The position numbers and the translations under genes were made by a program. 64,000 bases of DNA from an uncultured Bdellovibrio sp. Its GTDB lineage: Bacteria; Bdellovibrionota; Bdellovibrionia; Bdellovibrionales; Bdellovibrionaceae. The stretch is from NCBI GenBank assembly GCA_963932905.1, contig CAWVRN010000019.1, forward strand, positions 20,219 to 84,218, given 5' to 3'. Positions 10,837 through 20,493 of the stretch are shown piece by piece (within the stretch, counting starts at the first letter, position 1; every line of letters begins with the position of its first letter). A model generated the notes under the pieces. It was not told where the DNA came from and did no database searches. It worked only from the letters and a program-made list of their open reading frames with translations.

Positions 10837-11469
10837 ATGAGAGGTTTGTCTGCGTTTTTGGTTTCGAAGCTAGTATTTAGTTTTTTAACTGCAAATGCAC
10901 AAACTGGCGCGCGAGCCCTTGCGGCAAAGGATTTAAAGTCGATCGATCAGGTCGCTCGAAAACAAGCCATTTCAACCTCGGGTGGAACAGGAAGTACCAA
11001 AGAGCGATGTATTCGTAAGCTAGAAGAGGGCAACGGCGAATACACGTACAAGTTTGTCAAAGGCTCATCTGATCAGTACGAAATAGTCGAAATCCCTAAA
11101 TCCATTGGTCGTAGTTCCTACATTCGATACTATGCAAGCAATGGCTATGCCGAAATCAACGCTGGTTCAGCCGCTTGTAATCATGATTCAAAAAAAAAAG
11201 ATGTTAAAGCAAAATTAATGGAAATTTTTAAAGCCACTGATGATAGTGTGGCCAAATTACAAGCCGAGACGGATAGAAGCATTGCGAAACTTAACAGCGA
11301 CGGTAGTAGTTACATCTCTGGACTGTCTACATTTAGAATAGTTTGTGCGGACGCATTTCCTGAAGTTAGCGAATACCTTGAGAAAAACAACAAACTTCCT
11401 GTTAGCATACGTACAACTGGCAAAGGTGCCGCGGAAGTTGATAAAAAACCAACAGATCAAACTAAGTGA
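10837..11469 (+). CDS. Hypothetical exported protein (ATG 10837 preferred over TTG 10828)
   Basis: Signal-peptide-like N-terminus ending ANA-Q; no family recognised. Confidence 0.6.
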   Translation: MRGLSAFLVSKLVFSFLTANAQTGARALAAKDLKSIDQVARKQAISTSGGTGSTKERCIRKLEEGNGEYTYKFVKGSSDQYEIVEIPKSIGRSSYIRYYASNGYAEINAGSAACNHDSKKKDVKAKLMEIFKATDDSVAKLQAETDRSIAKLNSDGSSYISGLSTFRIVCADAFPEVSEYLEKNNKLPVSIRTTGKGAAEVDKKPTDQTK

Positions 11470-11812
11470 CGGGCGTAGTCGCTAACGTTTTCGCGCCACC
11501 AGCTACATAAAACGAATTAATATAGCCAGTCGATTCCAACTCGCTGGCTATTTTTTTTGAATCTTCACCTGAATCACAAATAATCACGATAGGTGCATCT
11601 TTAGGCAATGACTGAAATTTTTCAGTGGATTGGTAATCAGCGGCCGTTGTTTTCAAAATTAGATTTTTAAAAAAATTTAAATAGTAAGGATTCAAGTGTT
11701 CGAACGGAGCCGTTAAGTTTCCTTGAGTCGTTAAATCTAGCAAAGTAAATGGAACGCGCTGTAGAACTAAGTTTTCGATTTGGTAGATTCCGATCTGATT
11801 AATGGATTCCAC
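11462..11812 (-). CDS. Rhodanese-like domain protein
   Basis: PKDAPIVIICDSGEDS...LESTGYINSFYVAGG rhodanese pattern. Confidence 0.8.
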   Translation of the reverse strand: MESINQIGIYQIENLVLQRVPFTLLDLTTQGNLTAPFEHLNPYYLNFFKNLILKTTAADYQSTEKFQSLPKDAPIVIICDSGEDSKKIASELESTGYINSFYVAGGAKTLATTPVT

Positions 11813-13025
11813 TGGTTTTTCCTTTGTTTGGGATGTGCTGATTTAGCACGATCACAATAAGAAAAGCAATAAACCCTAACAAACCGGATAAAACAAACGG
11901 ACTTTGTATAAAAAGTTTATTAAATACCAGGCCGCCAAGAGCCGGCCCCAGAATTCGTCCTAACGAGGAAAGACTTTGCGTGACCCCAAGAGTGCTGCCT
12001 TGCTCGGTACTGTCAGTCAGGTTGCTAATAGAGCCCAATATCGAGGGATTAGACATACCATTTCCCAATGCCACCAATGTCATAGCGATGGCCATTACCC
12101 AGATATTGGGAGCTAGCGGAATTAAAGTCATCCCCAAGAAAAATGAACCGGTTCCCAATTTTAAAACTAAGCGTTCGCCCCATTTAGGAAGGAATTTGCG
12201 AATCAGGTAACCTTGAGTGAAAACGATGATGACTCCGATATAAGCGAAGCCATAGCTGACTTCCTTGATACCCCAGGAAAATACTTCACCCATATACAAT
12301 ACCAACGTGGCTTCCATCGCCGACATCGAAAATGATAGCAAAAAGAAAGCGACCGTTAAATGGCTAACAATTGGAATTTTTAGTTTTTCAAAAATAATTA
12401 GAAAGCGACTTTTTGATGACCGAGGTGGCGCTTTGGTAGTTAAGCTTTCTTTTAGGAAGAAGTAGCCAAAAATAAATGTGAAAAAACATAAACCCGACAC
12501 CACGTAAGACGCGAAAGACGTATTAAAAAATGGCTCTGTAGATATGTGTTTTGAATATTCGGTCAACAAACCACCAATAGCGGGCCCAAACACAAAGCCT
12601 AAACCAAACGCGGCACCAATAAGGGCCATGCCCTTTGATCGTTGATCAGCGGGAGTGATATCAGAAATATAGGCAGAGGCGGTGGAAATACTGCCGCCAA
12701 AGAATCCAGCCAGCATTCGAGCGATAAACAACATTTGTAAATCACGACTTACGGCAAATAAAATATAGGAGAAGGTCTCGCCTAAAAGACAGGAAAGTAG
12801 GATGGGTTTTCGACCATAGCGATCACTGAGTCGCCCCCAAAAAGGCGAAAACATAAACTGCATCAGTGAATAGACGGACATTAAAAGCCCGGTCTCTGTA
12901 GCGGTTGCGCCGAAATCTCGACTAAGGATGGGGAGAATAGGAATGATGATTCCAAAGCCTAAAAGATAAATGAATACCGTTAAGAAAATCAGAATGAGTT
13001 GAGTTTTTCTTTTTGAAGAGGACAT
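11799..13025 (-). CDS. MFS transporter, TetA/DHA1 drug:H+ antiporter-like (ATG 13025 has an SD)
   Basis: GRLSDRYGRKP motif A, GFVFGPAIGG motif C, about 12 TM segments. Confidence 0.92.
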   Translation of the reverse strand: MSSSKRKTQLILIFLTVFIYLLGFGIIIPILPILSRDFGATATETGLLMSVYSLMQFMFSPFWGRLSDRYGRKPILLSCLLGETFSYILFAVSRDLQMLFIARMLAGFFGGSISTASAYISDITPADQRSKGMALIGAAFGLGFVFGPAIGGLLTEYSKHISTEPFFNTSFASYVVSGLCFFTFIFGYFFLKESLTTKAPPRSSKSRFLIIFEKLKIPIVSHLTVAFFLLSFSMSAMEATLVLYMGEVFSWGIKEVSYGFAYIGVIIVFTQGYLIRKFLPKWGERLVLKLGTGSFFLGMTLIPLAPNIWVMAIAMTLVALGNGMSNPSILGSISNLTDSTEQGSTLGVTQSLSSLGRILGPALGGLVFNKLFIQSPFVLSGLLGFIAFLIVIVLNQHIPNKGKTSGIH

Positions 13026-13065
13026 TTGCTTTACCTCTTCAGTGTTGTTGGTCATAATATCCTTA

Positions 13066-14199
13066 ATGAACCATTCAAGTTTTGTAAAAAATCTGGCACT
13101 GCCGTTAGGGCTACTTCTGTGTTTAATATCTCAGAACGGGTATAGTTTCAATAAACTTAAAACATATGAACCAAGAACCTTTGAAATGTCGGGTGGCGCT
13201 ACTTATTTTGAAACAACCTCGAATTTCAACGATGTGGGGACTAAGGTAAATTTAATCAGCTCAAATAAGTACAGCTTACTGGATATGTTCCTTGAATCTA
13301 GGTATGTTTTTCGTGATTTTTGGTCCGTCCGCGCTAAAGCCTTTATCAGTAATGCGGAAAGTAAAAGCACAGATTTTAATCGAACTAATTCAACACTGAA
13401 TACTTTGGAAGTCAGCGGTGATTGGATGGTCTATCGCGGTTTTATGGATGTTATCCCTGAACTAACGATGCGTTACTCGTTGGATCAAATTTCTAACACT
13501 CAAGATGCCGTTCTTACCAGCGAAGGGATCTTAGAAATTATCGCTTTGCTGAAAGTTCAAAATAATTACCAGTGGTTTTCCTACTACGCGGGTGGTGGTT
13601 ATAATTTCCGCAATGAACGATCTAGCGTAATGCCTTGGTATCTGGGCGGGGGCGTGCAATGGAAGCACTCGTTTTTGGGCTTGGAATTAAATGGTTTTCA
13701 GACCATCACGGACGATAGCGATAAAGGTGGCACGAACGAGGCTATCCGCAACACACTGATTCAACGTGTAGATGGCGGTAGTTATAAATTCTATACAGTG
13801 AATCCGTCTCATATCCAAGTTCAAGCCAATTTAGACATCGGTTTTTCAAGTGGATTTGTTGTTAAGTCCTACATAGCTAATTCCATTTCTGGGCAGAACT
13901 ATGCTAACGGTATGACTGTCGGTATCGCCATGAATTTGTTATTCGATACTTTTATGAACAATCCACACAAAGAATCAATACCAGTTAAACAAGCTGAGCC
14001 AACAAAACAGGAAGAAAATTACCAAATTCAAACCCAAGATGGGGTTGATCAAAAGTTGTTTGAAAAAGAACCAGAAATTCCTGTAGCACCAGTTAAGAAG
14101 TATAATAAAGTCCCTAGCGACGACGATATCCAAGACCAGTTGGATCAAGCCGAAATGTCGATCAAGTTAAAAGCGAAAAAACGTAAAAAGAAAAAATAG
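13066..14199 (+). CDS. Putative outer-membrane beta-barrel protein with charged C-terminal tail
   Basis: Signal peptide, alternating aromatic/hydrophobic strands, then acidic linker and KAKKRKKKK terminus. Confidence 0.6.
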   Translation: MNHSSFVKNLALPLGLLLCLISQNGYSFNKLKTYEPRTFEMSGGATYFETTSNFNDVGTKVNLISSNKYSLLDMFLESRYVFRDFWSVRAKAFISNAESKSTDFNRTNSTLNTLEVSGDWMVYRGFMDVIPELTMRYSLDQISNTQDAVLTSEGILEIIALLKVQNNYQWFSYYAGGGYNFRNERSSVMPWYLGGGVQWKHSFLGLELNGFQTITDDSDKGGTNEAIRNTLIQRVDGGSYKFYTVNPSHIQVQANLDIGFSSGFVVKSYIANSISGQNYANGMTVGIAMNLLFDTFMNNPHKESIPVKQAEPTKQEENYQIQTQDGVDQKLFEKEPEIPVAPVKKYNKVPSDDDIQDQLDQAEMSIKLKAKKRKKKK

Positions 14200-14296
14200 C
14201 ATTTCACAAGGTCAAAAAAAGTCACATCTGCGGTGTTCAATAGTGGCTTTGTGTCTAAACCAAAGACAGTCATACGCTTTCTATTAAGGATTCTTA

Positions 14297-14312
14297 TGGA
14301 TCTGTAATTGCA
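14297..14312 (+). promoter_or_regulatory. Candidate sigma54 promoter for the 61-aa ORF/PLD locus
   Basis: TGGATCTGTAATTGCA has GG-N10-GC spacing with a TTGCA -12 element; -24 element imperfect. Confidence 0.4.
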
Positions 14313-14353
14313 ATCCTATCCTACGCTGATCTATCCTTAAAAAGAGAGTTGTT

Positions 14354-14539
14354 ATGAGTATATCACAAGAAGTTTGGACTTATGCTTCCCAAATGCATTT
14401 AGGTGAAGTACCCAGAATTCAACATTTCTACAAACATGGTTTTGTCGGTTACTACGAACCATTAGCCTGCGGTAAGTGCGCGAAACCTGATGCCGTACAA
14501 TTTGAAGCCGCATTATTAAAACGCATCATTAATAGATAG
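14354..14539 (+). CDS. Small hypothetical protein (61 aa, CxxC)
   Basis: ATG after GAGAG, fills the gap before the PLD gene, LACGKCA motif. Confidence 0.5.
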   Translation: MSISQEVWTYASQMHLGEVPRIQHFYKHGFVGYYEPLACGKCAKPDAVQFEAALLKRIINR

Positions 14540-14551
14540 CCCGGAGACACT

Positions 14552-15994
14552 ATGAAAAAGCTGTTTTCGTATATCTTAGCGATTACTTTATTTGTATCTA
14601 CGCGTTCATTCGCGTCTGATCCCGGTGAAGTTAATTACGTTTCTTATCATTCGGCTCTTGAAAATTTAAACGACGGCCAAGATTTAGTTCTACCCCTGTT
14701 TTCGCAGCGTGAATCCTATCAAAGTCGTATTGATTTAGCAATGAATCCTCAAAATAAACAATTAGATGTTATGACATTTACATTGAATGAAGATTCAGTG
14801 GGCTTGACTCTTCTTGCTGCCGCTATTGATGTTGCAAAACGTGGCGGAACACCACGTATCGGGTTCGACGCCTTCTCATCAAAAATGAGTCCGGAACTTC
14901 AAGCCTACGTTCGCGAAAAAGGTGTTGATTTAAGGTCATTCCGTCCGCTCGGTTTTACTAAACGAAATATTTTGGCTTTTTTTGAGTTAGGTATTTTAGG
15001 TTTTGCTAAATTTTTAAATATGCGAACTCATGACAAGGTTTACATCACTGAACACGGAACTGTCGTCGGGTCATCTAACTACTCAAAATATTATTACATG
15101 TTAGGCAAACTAGAAAATCCAAATAAAAAAGAACGTCATGACATGTGGTCGTTTTTGGATCGCGAAGTTATGATTCAAGGGCCTGCTGAAAAAGTGGCTC
15201 GTCAAAAATTTGAAGAAAAGTGGGCCGACACAAAATCTTGGTCAACGGGTACTCCAGTAAAGTTGACTGATGAAATCAGAGCTAAATATGATGCGCTGAT
15301 TGCAAAGCAGATGCAGTTCGTCTCCAGTGTTCACAATACAAAGAAAATGAACAGTTTCGTTTCTGTTAAATATTTAAGGTATATTACTGATGCTGTTGGG
15401 GAACAAACTAAAAAGAAAATCATTCATCACCATATATTGAACATGATTAAAAATGCAAAGCATGACATTGTTATCGAAAATCCGTATGTACTATTACCTT
15501 ACGATATGATGAGAGAATTAAAAGCGGCAAAAGCTCGCGGTGTTCGCGTTAGAATCTTCACAAATAAAGCTGAAGGTTCCGATGAAGGCGACGTTTCAAA
15601 GCAGTTTAAAATTGATATGCGTCAGCTTGAAAATACTGGCTTTGAAGTGTACTTAAATGATCACTTTTATATTTTCCACGGCAAAGTTGTCGTTGTCGAT
15701 AATCAAGATATTTATTGGGGGTCTTACAATTTCGATCCGCGCTCTAGAAACTTTAATTCAGAGAATGGCATTTTCTTTACAAGTTTAGAGGTGGCTGGCC
15801 AAATTATACGTCGTACAGCAACAGGTATCTTTGTCCCAATTGATATCGAAGGACAGGGATCTAAGTCGTATGCTGTGAAATATTTAGCTAGGACTTGTGC
15901 CGAGGTCTATAAAAAACAACGCGTGGAAACGATTCACTTGGAAACAAGTATGTGGAGTCGCTTGTTGATGCGTATGAAGAAACCACTACTTTAG
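14552..15994 (+). CDS. Exported phospholipase D-superfamily protein (cardiolipin synthase/PLD-like, two HKD motifs)
   Basis: Signal peptide (SFA-S); HDKVYITE..GSSN and HGKVVVVD..GSYNFDPRS motifs. Confidence 0.9.
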   Translation: MKKLFSYILAITLFVSTRSFASDPGEVNYVSYHSALENLNDGQDLVLPLFSQRESYQSRIDLAMNPQNKQLDVMTFTLNEDSVGLTLLAAAIDVAKRGGTPRIGFDAFSSKMSPELQAYVREKGVDLRSFRPLGFTKRNILAFFELGILGFAKFLNMRTHDKVYITEHGTVVGSSNYSKYYYMLGKLENPNKKERHDMWSFLDREVMIQGPAEKVARQKFEEKWADTKSWSTGTPVKLTDEIRAKYDALIAKQMQFVSSVHNTKKMNSFVSVKYLRYITDAVGEQTKKKIIHHHILNMIKNAKHDIVIENPYVLLPYDMMRELKAAKARGVRVRIFTNKAEGSDEGDVSKQFKIDMRQLENTGFEVYLNDHFYIFHGKVVVVDNQDIYWGSYNFDPRSRNFNSENGIFFTSLEVAGQIIRRTATGIFVPIDIEGQGSKSYAVKYLARTCAEVYKKQRVETIHLETSMWSRLLMRMKKPLL

Positions 15995-16054
15995 TTTTGT
16001 CGTTTGTTTCTGGATGTGTTTTTTCGTAGTTTATTACTGTAACATTTAATAACT

Positions 16055-19000
16055 ATGAAAAAACATTTTTCTTTACTATTAGTGCCTATCTATTTGGTTT
16101 CTTGTGTTTCTAACCCAGTGGCTCAGTCTCCACGAGAAACACCGACAGTTAACCTGATTACAAACAATGATAACATTGAGTTTGAATTTTTAAGACTCAG
16201 TGACTGTGCGGAAAAGAACGCGAACCGATCTCCTTCGGCACAAACCAAATGTCTAAATTTTTATGAAGTGAACGCCGTAGCGCCCACCAAGAAAGAAGTG
16301 GACGTAATTTCTGAAATTGCCGGGAAAACCCGGGTGATTGAACAATTTGGCCAGACAGAAAATTTGGGATTGTGGGCGATGTATTTTGGATCGGGCCGGG
16401 TTCGCGATATGATCAAAGGTGATTCGGCAACGTCAATTCACCCTGTGGAATTCATTTCTGAAAAGCAAATTAAATCTATTTCGGCGGCGTGGAGAACGCT
16501 GCGTGATATTCCCGATAACAAATTCACTTTAAGCCAAGAATTGGTTTTAGATGTAAACCGACTTTTAATGGGTGACGTCGAAACCTCGGTTATCCAGGAT
16601 TTAAATTCTAGAATCACGGATGAAACGCAGAAGGCAACCGGTTTGAAACGGATGGCTGCCAATATTTCTAACTATTTCAAATCGGCGCCTGGTTTTAGAA
16701 CCAAAGGCAAACGTGAAGAGTTCGAACAGGTTAAAGATGCAGATTTTGCAATTTATAAAGCTAATGCTGAAGCTGTTGGTGGTCGTGTTATAGAAGCGGC
16801 TGATTCCGTTGCCGACGCCCGAGTATTTACTGTGGAAGCACCTAAAGGCCAAGCGGCTCAAATCGCATTGGGTCGTGTTCTTGAAGAGACCAACAGAAAA
16901 ATTGAAAATGCCGATTCGGCTTCTTATGCAGAAAAAGTGGCGATTGCGGCGGACCTTCATTTAAAACTGGCGGCGTTAAAACCGATGAATAAATTAAACG
17001 ATTTAACCGTTCAGATGGTTGTCAACCGCGCATTGATTCAAATGGGATTGGATCCGGCTGTTCAAGTGCCAGTAGATCTTTCAATGAGTCGGGAAAAAGT
17101 GGCTGAATTATATCGAGACGGAATCGTCGACTATCTTAGCTACACACAAAGAACATTCGATATTAAGTTGAACAAAGAAGGCGTAGTTGAAATCGCGAAT
17201 GAAGCCGTAGCAATTACAGGTCGTGGTGCCGGTCTTCGTGTCAAAGTTTACGGTCGATACGCACATAAATATCCTAAAGCCGTAGCATTGATGCGTGATA
17301 AAGATAGAGTCACCCCACTTGACGGACGTATGCTTCAGTTGGGAAAAAATCGACGTACATTCGTTCTAAAGGATGACGGTTTTCTCTATGACGGTATTAT
17401 TCCTCACACAGTCCGTGAAGAAAATGGGCAGTTGAAACTTTATCCGATTTCAGACATGGCCTACCGACTGCTTGGTTTAAATGGTCAATTGACTGGTGAA
17501 GACAGTGTTCGTCGGGAAATCACAATTGAACATCAGGCACAGTTAAAGCAAAACTTGGCAGCCATTGAACGACTATTGCAAAATAAAGTAAAACCAGAGG
17601 ATTTCGAAATCGTCTATGATAAGAATACTTTGCAGGCGAACAAAACGGGTGGTTTGTATTTATACGAATGGCAAATTACAAGTTTAGAGCGAGCGGCAAA
17701 AATCAAAGAAGACCCAAAAGAAAATCCCTATGCGGTTTTGATCCCGTCACGCGGTGACCCGTTCAATTCTAGAATGGCCGGTCGTAGTTCGTTTGAACAA
17801 AATTATTTCAAAGGTTCTCGTGGTACAAAAATTGGTGATTTAATTGGGCAGTATGAACAAAGAGACTTAGATTACAATCAGCTGGCTCGTGAAGTTAAAA
17901 GAAATACATCGATTCCTGAGGCTCGTAAGGCAAAGATTTTAAAAGACATCATGGATTCTCGACGTAAATTGCATTTAGCCGCTCGTGAAATCTTGCGACC
18001 CTTGATGACTAAGTATCTTGAACTTTCATCCGTGGAAAAAGATAACTTACGCGATAACGCGACCTTTTATCAATTAGAAGATTATTTACGTAATTTCTCT
18101 AAATTGTGGTTTGAATCGTTAGACCAGGCCATCGCAAAATTCGGTGATGATCACGTCTATGTACAACGTGTACAAACGGCGGGTTTAACCAATTTCCTTG
18201 GGTTCAGATCTCAGACAGAATTAGGTAATCACCCTCTGGCTGTAGTATTAACTTTAAATGGAATGTTGGTCCCCCAACTTCGTGAAATTTATGCAGCAAT
18301 GAAATCACCACAAGAAGTAGATAGTGTAACTGAAGACGGAACCGTGAGCAAAATCGTAGCACAAAAAATTGCAGCGATCGCGAAAGGTAACAAAAAAATC
18401 GAAGCCATTCTGGCAAGTATCGTTCTTCGCATCTATTCTACGCGTGCCGCAGATATCCAAAGCATGCAAGAGTTTGAATCTGTATTCATGACTCATTATT
18501 TACATGCTGTGAATCGTGGAATGAAAGAAGGCATTTCGACAACCGCGGATCCAACCTATTTAGCGATGGTAAAAACATACGAACAATACTCTAGTTTGAA
18601 AATCGATGACAGCTTGGTCGCATTCTTTAAAGAATTTAAAAAAGATTCAAAAGAACCAGCTGTCGAAGCTAAACAGTGGATTGAGGTCTTGGCTAAAAAG
18701 GAAAAGGAAAAAAAGTTACCACTTGATTACTATGAACTAGGTTGGATTGGCGCCTTTTCAAAAGAGTTCAACATACCGATGGGACAGCTAGTGGAGTTTG
18801 CAAAGAAAAACAAATCGAACAATGACAAATTCACAAGTCAAAGTGATGCGATTATATATGTACTGAGAATTCCAGTTGAAGAAATTGATTCCAACTATGC
18901 TTCTGGATATGCGGCTCAATTTGAAAACACAACTCGTCGTGGTTATGGTGTCATTCGATCTAAATGGGGTGTATTCCCTAGAAAACCTGTTATTCAACGT

Positions 19001-19579
19001 GAATACAAAGGCGCGCAAAAATTCGGAGTTAACTTAGCCGATCTTAGTGAAAAGGGTAGGGCTGTTTACGATATGACTCAGAATCATATCGAAAGCAAAC
19101 CAGATTTTACTCCTTACTTGGTATACACAGCGGGAGCTAACAAGCATCAAGGTATCTTGGCGGGCTTAACGAGCTCAAATAAGAAACTATACGCTCAGTC
19201 TGTAAAAGCACTTACAGGCTTGAAATACGATCTGCAAACATTGAAATCGGAACAAGATGTGGCCGGCTTTAAACAGCTTATCGAAGACGTATTCAATGGT
19301 GCTATTAAAGCGATTGAAACTAGAACAGGCGAAGTCAACGCCGACATACGTAAAGAATTAATAAACTCATTGGCCGCGTTCCTAAAAGAGCATGGTCAGC
19401 GTGACGAACGTGTTGCTGGCTGGGTAGCTGAACTTTGGGAAGGCGTTATTCCCGTGAAAGGCGCGGATCAACAACCTGTACCTGTAGTTGGCAAAGATGT
19501 GGTACGTAAAGCCAAAATAGAAGCGGCTGCCATGAAGAAAATTATTGGTGCTCCAGTTGCAGAAGAGCCGGCATCCTAA
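16055..19579 (+). CDS. Large lipoprotein (1174 aa); putative degenerate Fic domain plus putative ADP-ribosyltransferase domain
   Basis: Lipobox LVS-C17; AADLHLKLAALKPMNKLNDLTVQMVVNRALIQMG resembles a Fic helix-loop; R705, STT828-830, YVLRIP, Q955-x-E957 resemble the R-S-E ART core. Confidence 0.6.
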   Translation: MKKHFSLLLVPIYLVSCVSNPVAQSPRETPTVNLITNNDNIEFEFLRLSDCAEKNANRSPSAQTKCLNFYEVNAVAPTKKEVDVISEIAGKTRVIEQFGQTENLGLWAMYFGSGRVRDMIKGDSATSIHPVEFISEKQIKSISAAWRTLRDIPDNKFTLSQELVLDVNRLLMGDVETSVIQDLNSRITDETQKATGLKRMAANISNYFKSAPGFRTKGKREEFEQVKDADFAIYKANAEAVGGRVIEAADSVADARVFTVEAPKGQAAQIALGRVLEETNRKIENADSASYAEKVAIAADLHLKLAALKPMNKLNDLTVQMVVNRALIQMGLDPAVQVPVDLSMSREKVAELYRDGIVDYLSYTQRTFDIKLNKEGVVEIANEAVAITGRGAGLRVKVYGRYAHKYPKAVALMRDKDRVTPLDGRMLQLGKNRRTFVLKDDGFLYDGIIPHTVREENGQLKLYPISDMAYRLLGLNGQLTGEDSVRREITIEHQAQLKQNLAAIERLLQNKVKPEDFEIVYDKNTLQANKTGGLYLYEWQITSLERAAKIKEDPKENPYAVLIPSRGDPFNSRMAGRSSFEQNYFKGSRGTKIGDLIGQYEQRDLDYNQLAREVKRNTSIPEARKAKILKDIMDSRRKLHLAAREILRPLMTKYLELSSVEKDNLRDNATFYQLEDYLRNFSKLWFESLDQAIAKFGDDHVYVQRVQTAGLTNFLGFRSQTELGNHPLAVVLTLNGMLVPQLREIYAAMKSPQEVDSVTEDGTVSKIVAQKIAAIAKGNKKIEAILASIVLRIYSTRAADIQSMQEFESVFMTHYLHAVNRGMKEGISTTADPTYLAMVKTYEQYSSLKIDDSLVAFFKEFKKDSKEPAVEAKQWIEVLAKKEKEKKLPLDYYELGWIGAFSKEFNIPMGQLVEFAKKNKSNNDKFTSQSDAIIYVLRIPVEEIDSNYASGYAAQFENTTRRGYGVIRSKWGVFPRKPVIQREYKGAQKFGVNLADLSEKGRAVYDMTQNHIESKPDFTPYLVYTAGANKHQGILAGLTSSNKKLYAQSVKALTGLKYDLQTLKSEQDVAGFKQLIEDVFNGAIKAIETRTGEVNADIRKELINSLAAFLKEHGQRDERVAGWVAELWEGVIPVKGADQQPVPVVGKDVVRKAKIEAAAMKKIIGAPVAEEPAS

Positions 19580-19890
19580 GAAAAGAATTTCTGAAGGTCC
19601 GCTAAGCTGAGGACCTTATCAAATGATAGCGCTATGCGCTTTTTGCGGGCTAAATGCCCGCTTATTATTTCTACCTGATTTTTTCTTAAAGAAAAAAACT
19701 TAGCGATATAGCGAACGATCTCGTCATTAGCTTTGCCATCTTCAGGCGGTGCATTTACTTTTATTTTAATTTGATCGTCGTGGATTTTTTCGAACTCTGT
19801 CTTGCGGGCGTTAGGCTGGACATAGATCGCAAGTGTTGCGACCTTGTCCTTGATTTGAATTCCGTTTTTTAATTGAGCAAGATCAATCAC
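19576..19890 (-). CDS. yggU: DUF167/YggU family protein
   Basis: VQPNARKT, APPEDGKAN, ISGHLARKK motifs. Confidence 0.9.
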   Translation of the reverse strand: MIDLAQLKNGIQIKDKVATLAIYVQPNARKTEFEKIHDDQIKIKVNAPPEDGKANDEIVRYIAKFFSLRKNQVEIISGHLARKKRIALSFDKVLSLADLQKFFS

Positions 19891-19893
19891 TTT

Positions 19894-20385
19894 TTATAGA
19901 GATTGATTTTTTTCGTGAGCAAAATGAACAGACGGCATAAATTTTTCGCCTTGTTCAAGTATTGAAAGGTGAGCTTGTACCAAAGCTTTCAAGTTAGCTT
20001 CAAATTGTAACCGAGTTCGTTTTAAATCATTCACTTCTTGATAAGATTTGCGAAGTGAATCTTTAGAATCACGTAAAATCATTTCGGCCTTTTGCTGAGC
20101 ATCTGTGATGATCAATTTAGCTTCACGTTCTGCATCTATTTTCAGTTTGTCCGACATTTGTGATGCTGCCGACATAGTTTCGCGAAGCATTTTGTCTTTT
20201 TCTTTGTATTCTAAAAGGGAAAGCTCTTTTTCACGCAGAAGTTCTTTTAAATGATTGCGTTCATAAATCAAGGCTTCTAGTTGCGCCGAGATTTGTTGCA
20301 TAAATTCAGAAACTTCCTGAGGGTCACAACCCATAATTTTCTTTGAAAACGTTTTGTGTGCAATATCGATGGGCGTAACTTTCAC
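19894..20385 (-). CDS. divIVA: DivIVA domain protein
   Basis: TPIDIAHKTFSKKIMGCDPQEV N-terminal motif followed by coiled coil; SD AAGGAGG. Confidence 0.92.
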   Translation of the reverse strand: MKVTPIDIAHKTFSKKIMGCDPQEVSEFMQQISAQLEALIYERNHLKELLREKELSLLEYKEKDKMLRETMSAASQMSDKLKIDAEREAKLIITDAQQKAEMILRDSKDSLRKSYQEVNDLKRTRLQFEANLKALVQAHLSILEQGEKFMPSVHFAHEKNQSL

Positions 20386-20493
20386 GAGACCTCCTTGTCT
20401 ACTGGTTCAGTATACCAAACCGTGGTCGGGATTTAAATATTTGGTTTCACAGCCGAGCTTTGGTCGGGTCTAGGAGGGTAGGGGGCACTCCCG

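Noticed and set aside
11190..11199. A10 homopolymer as a phase-variation switch
   Set aside because: Encodes a Lys run in an intact frame, and A-runs are common in this AT-rich window
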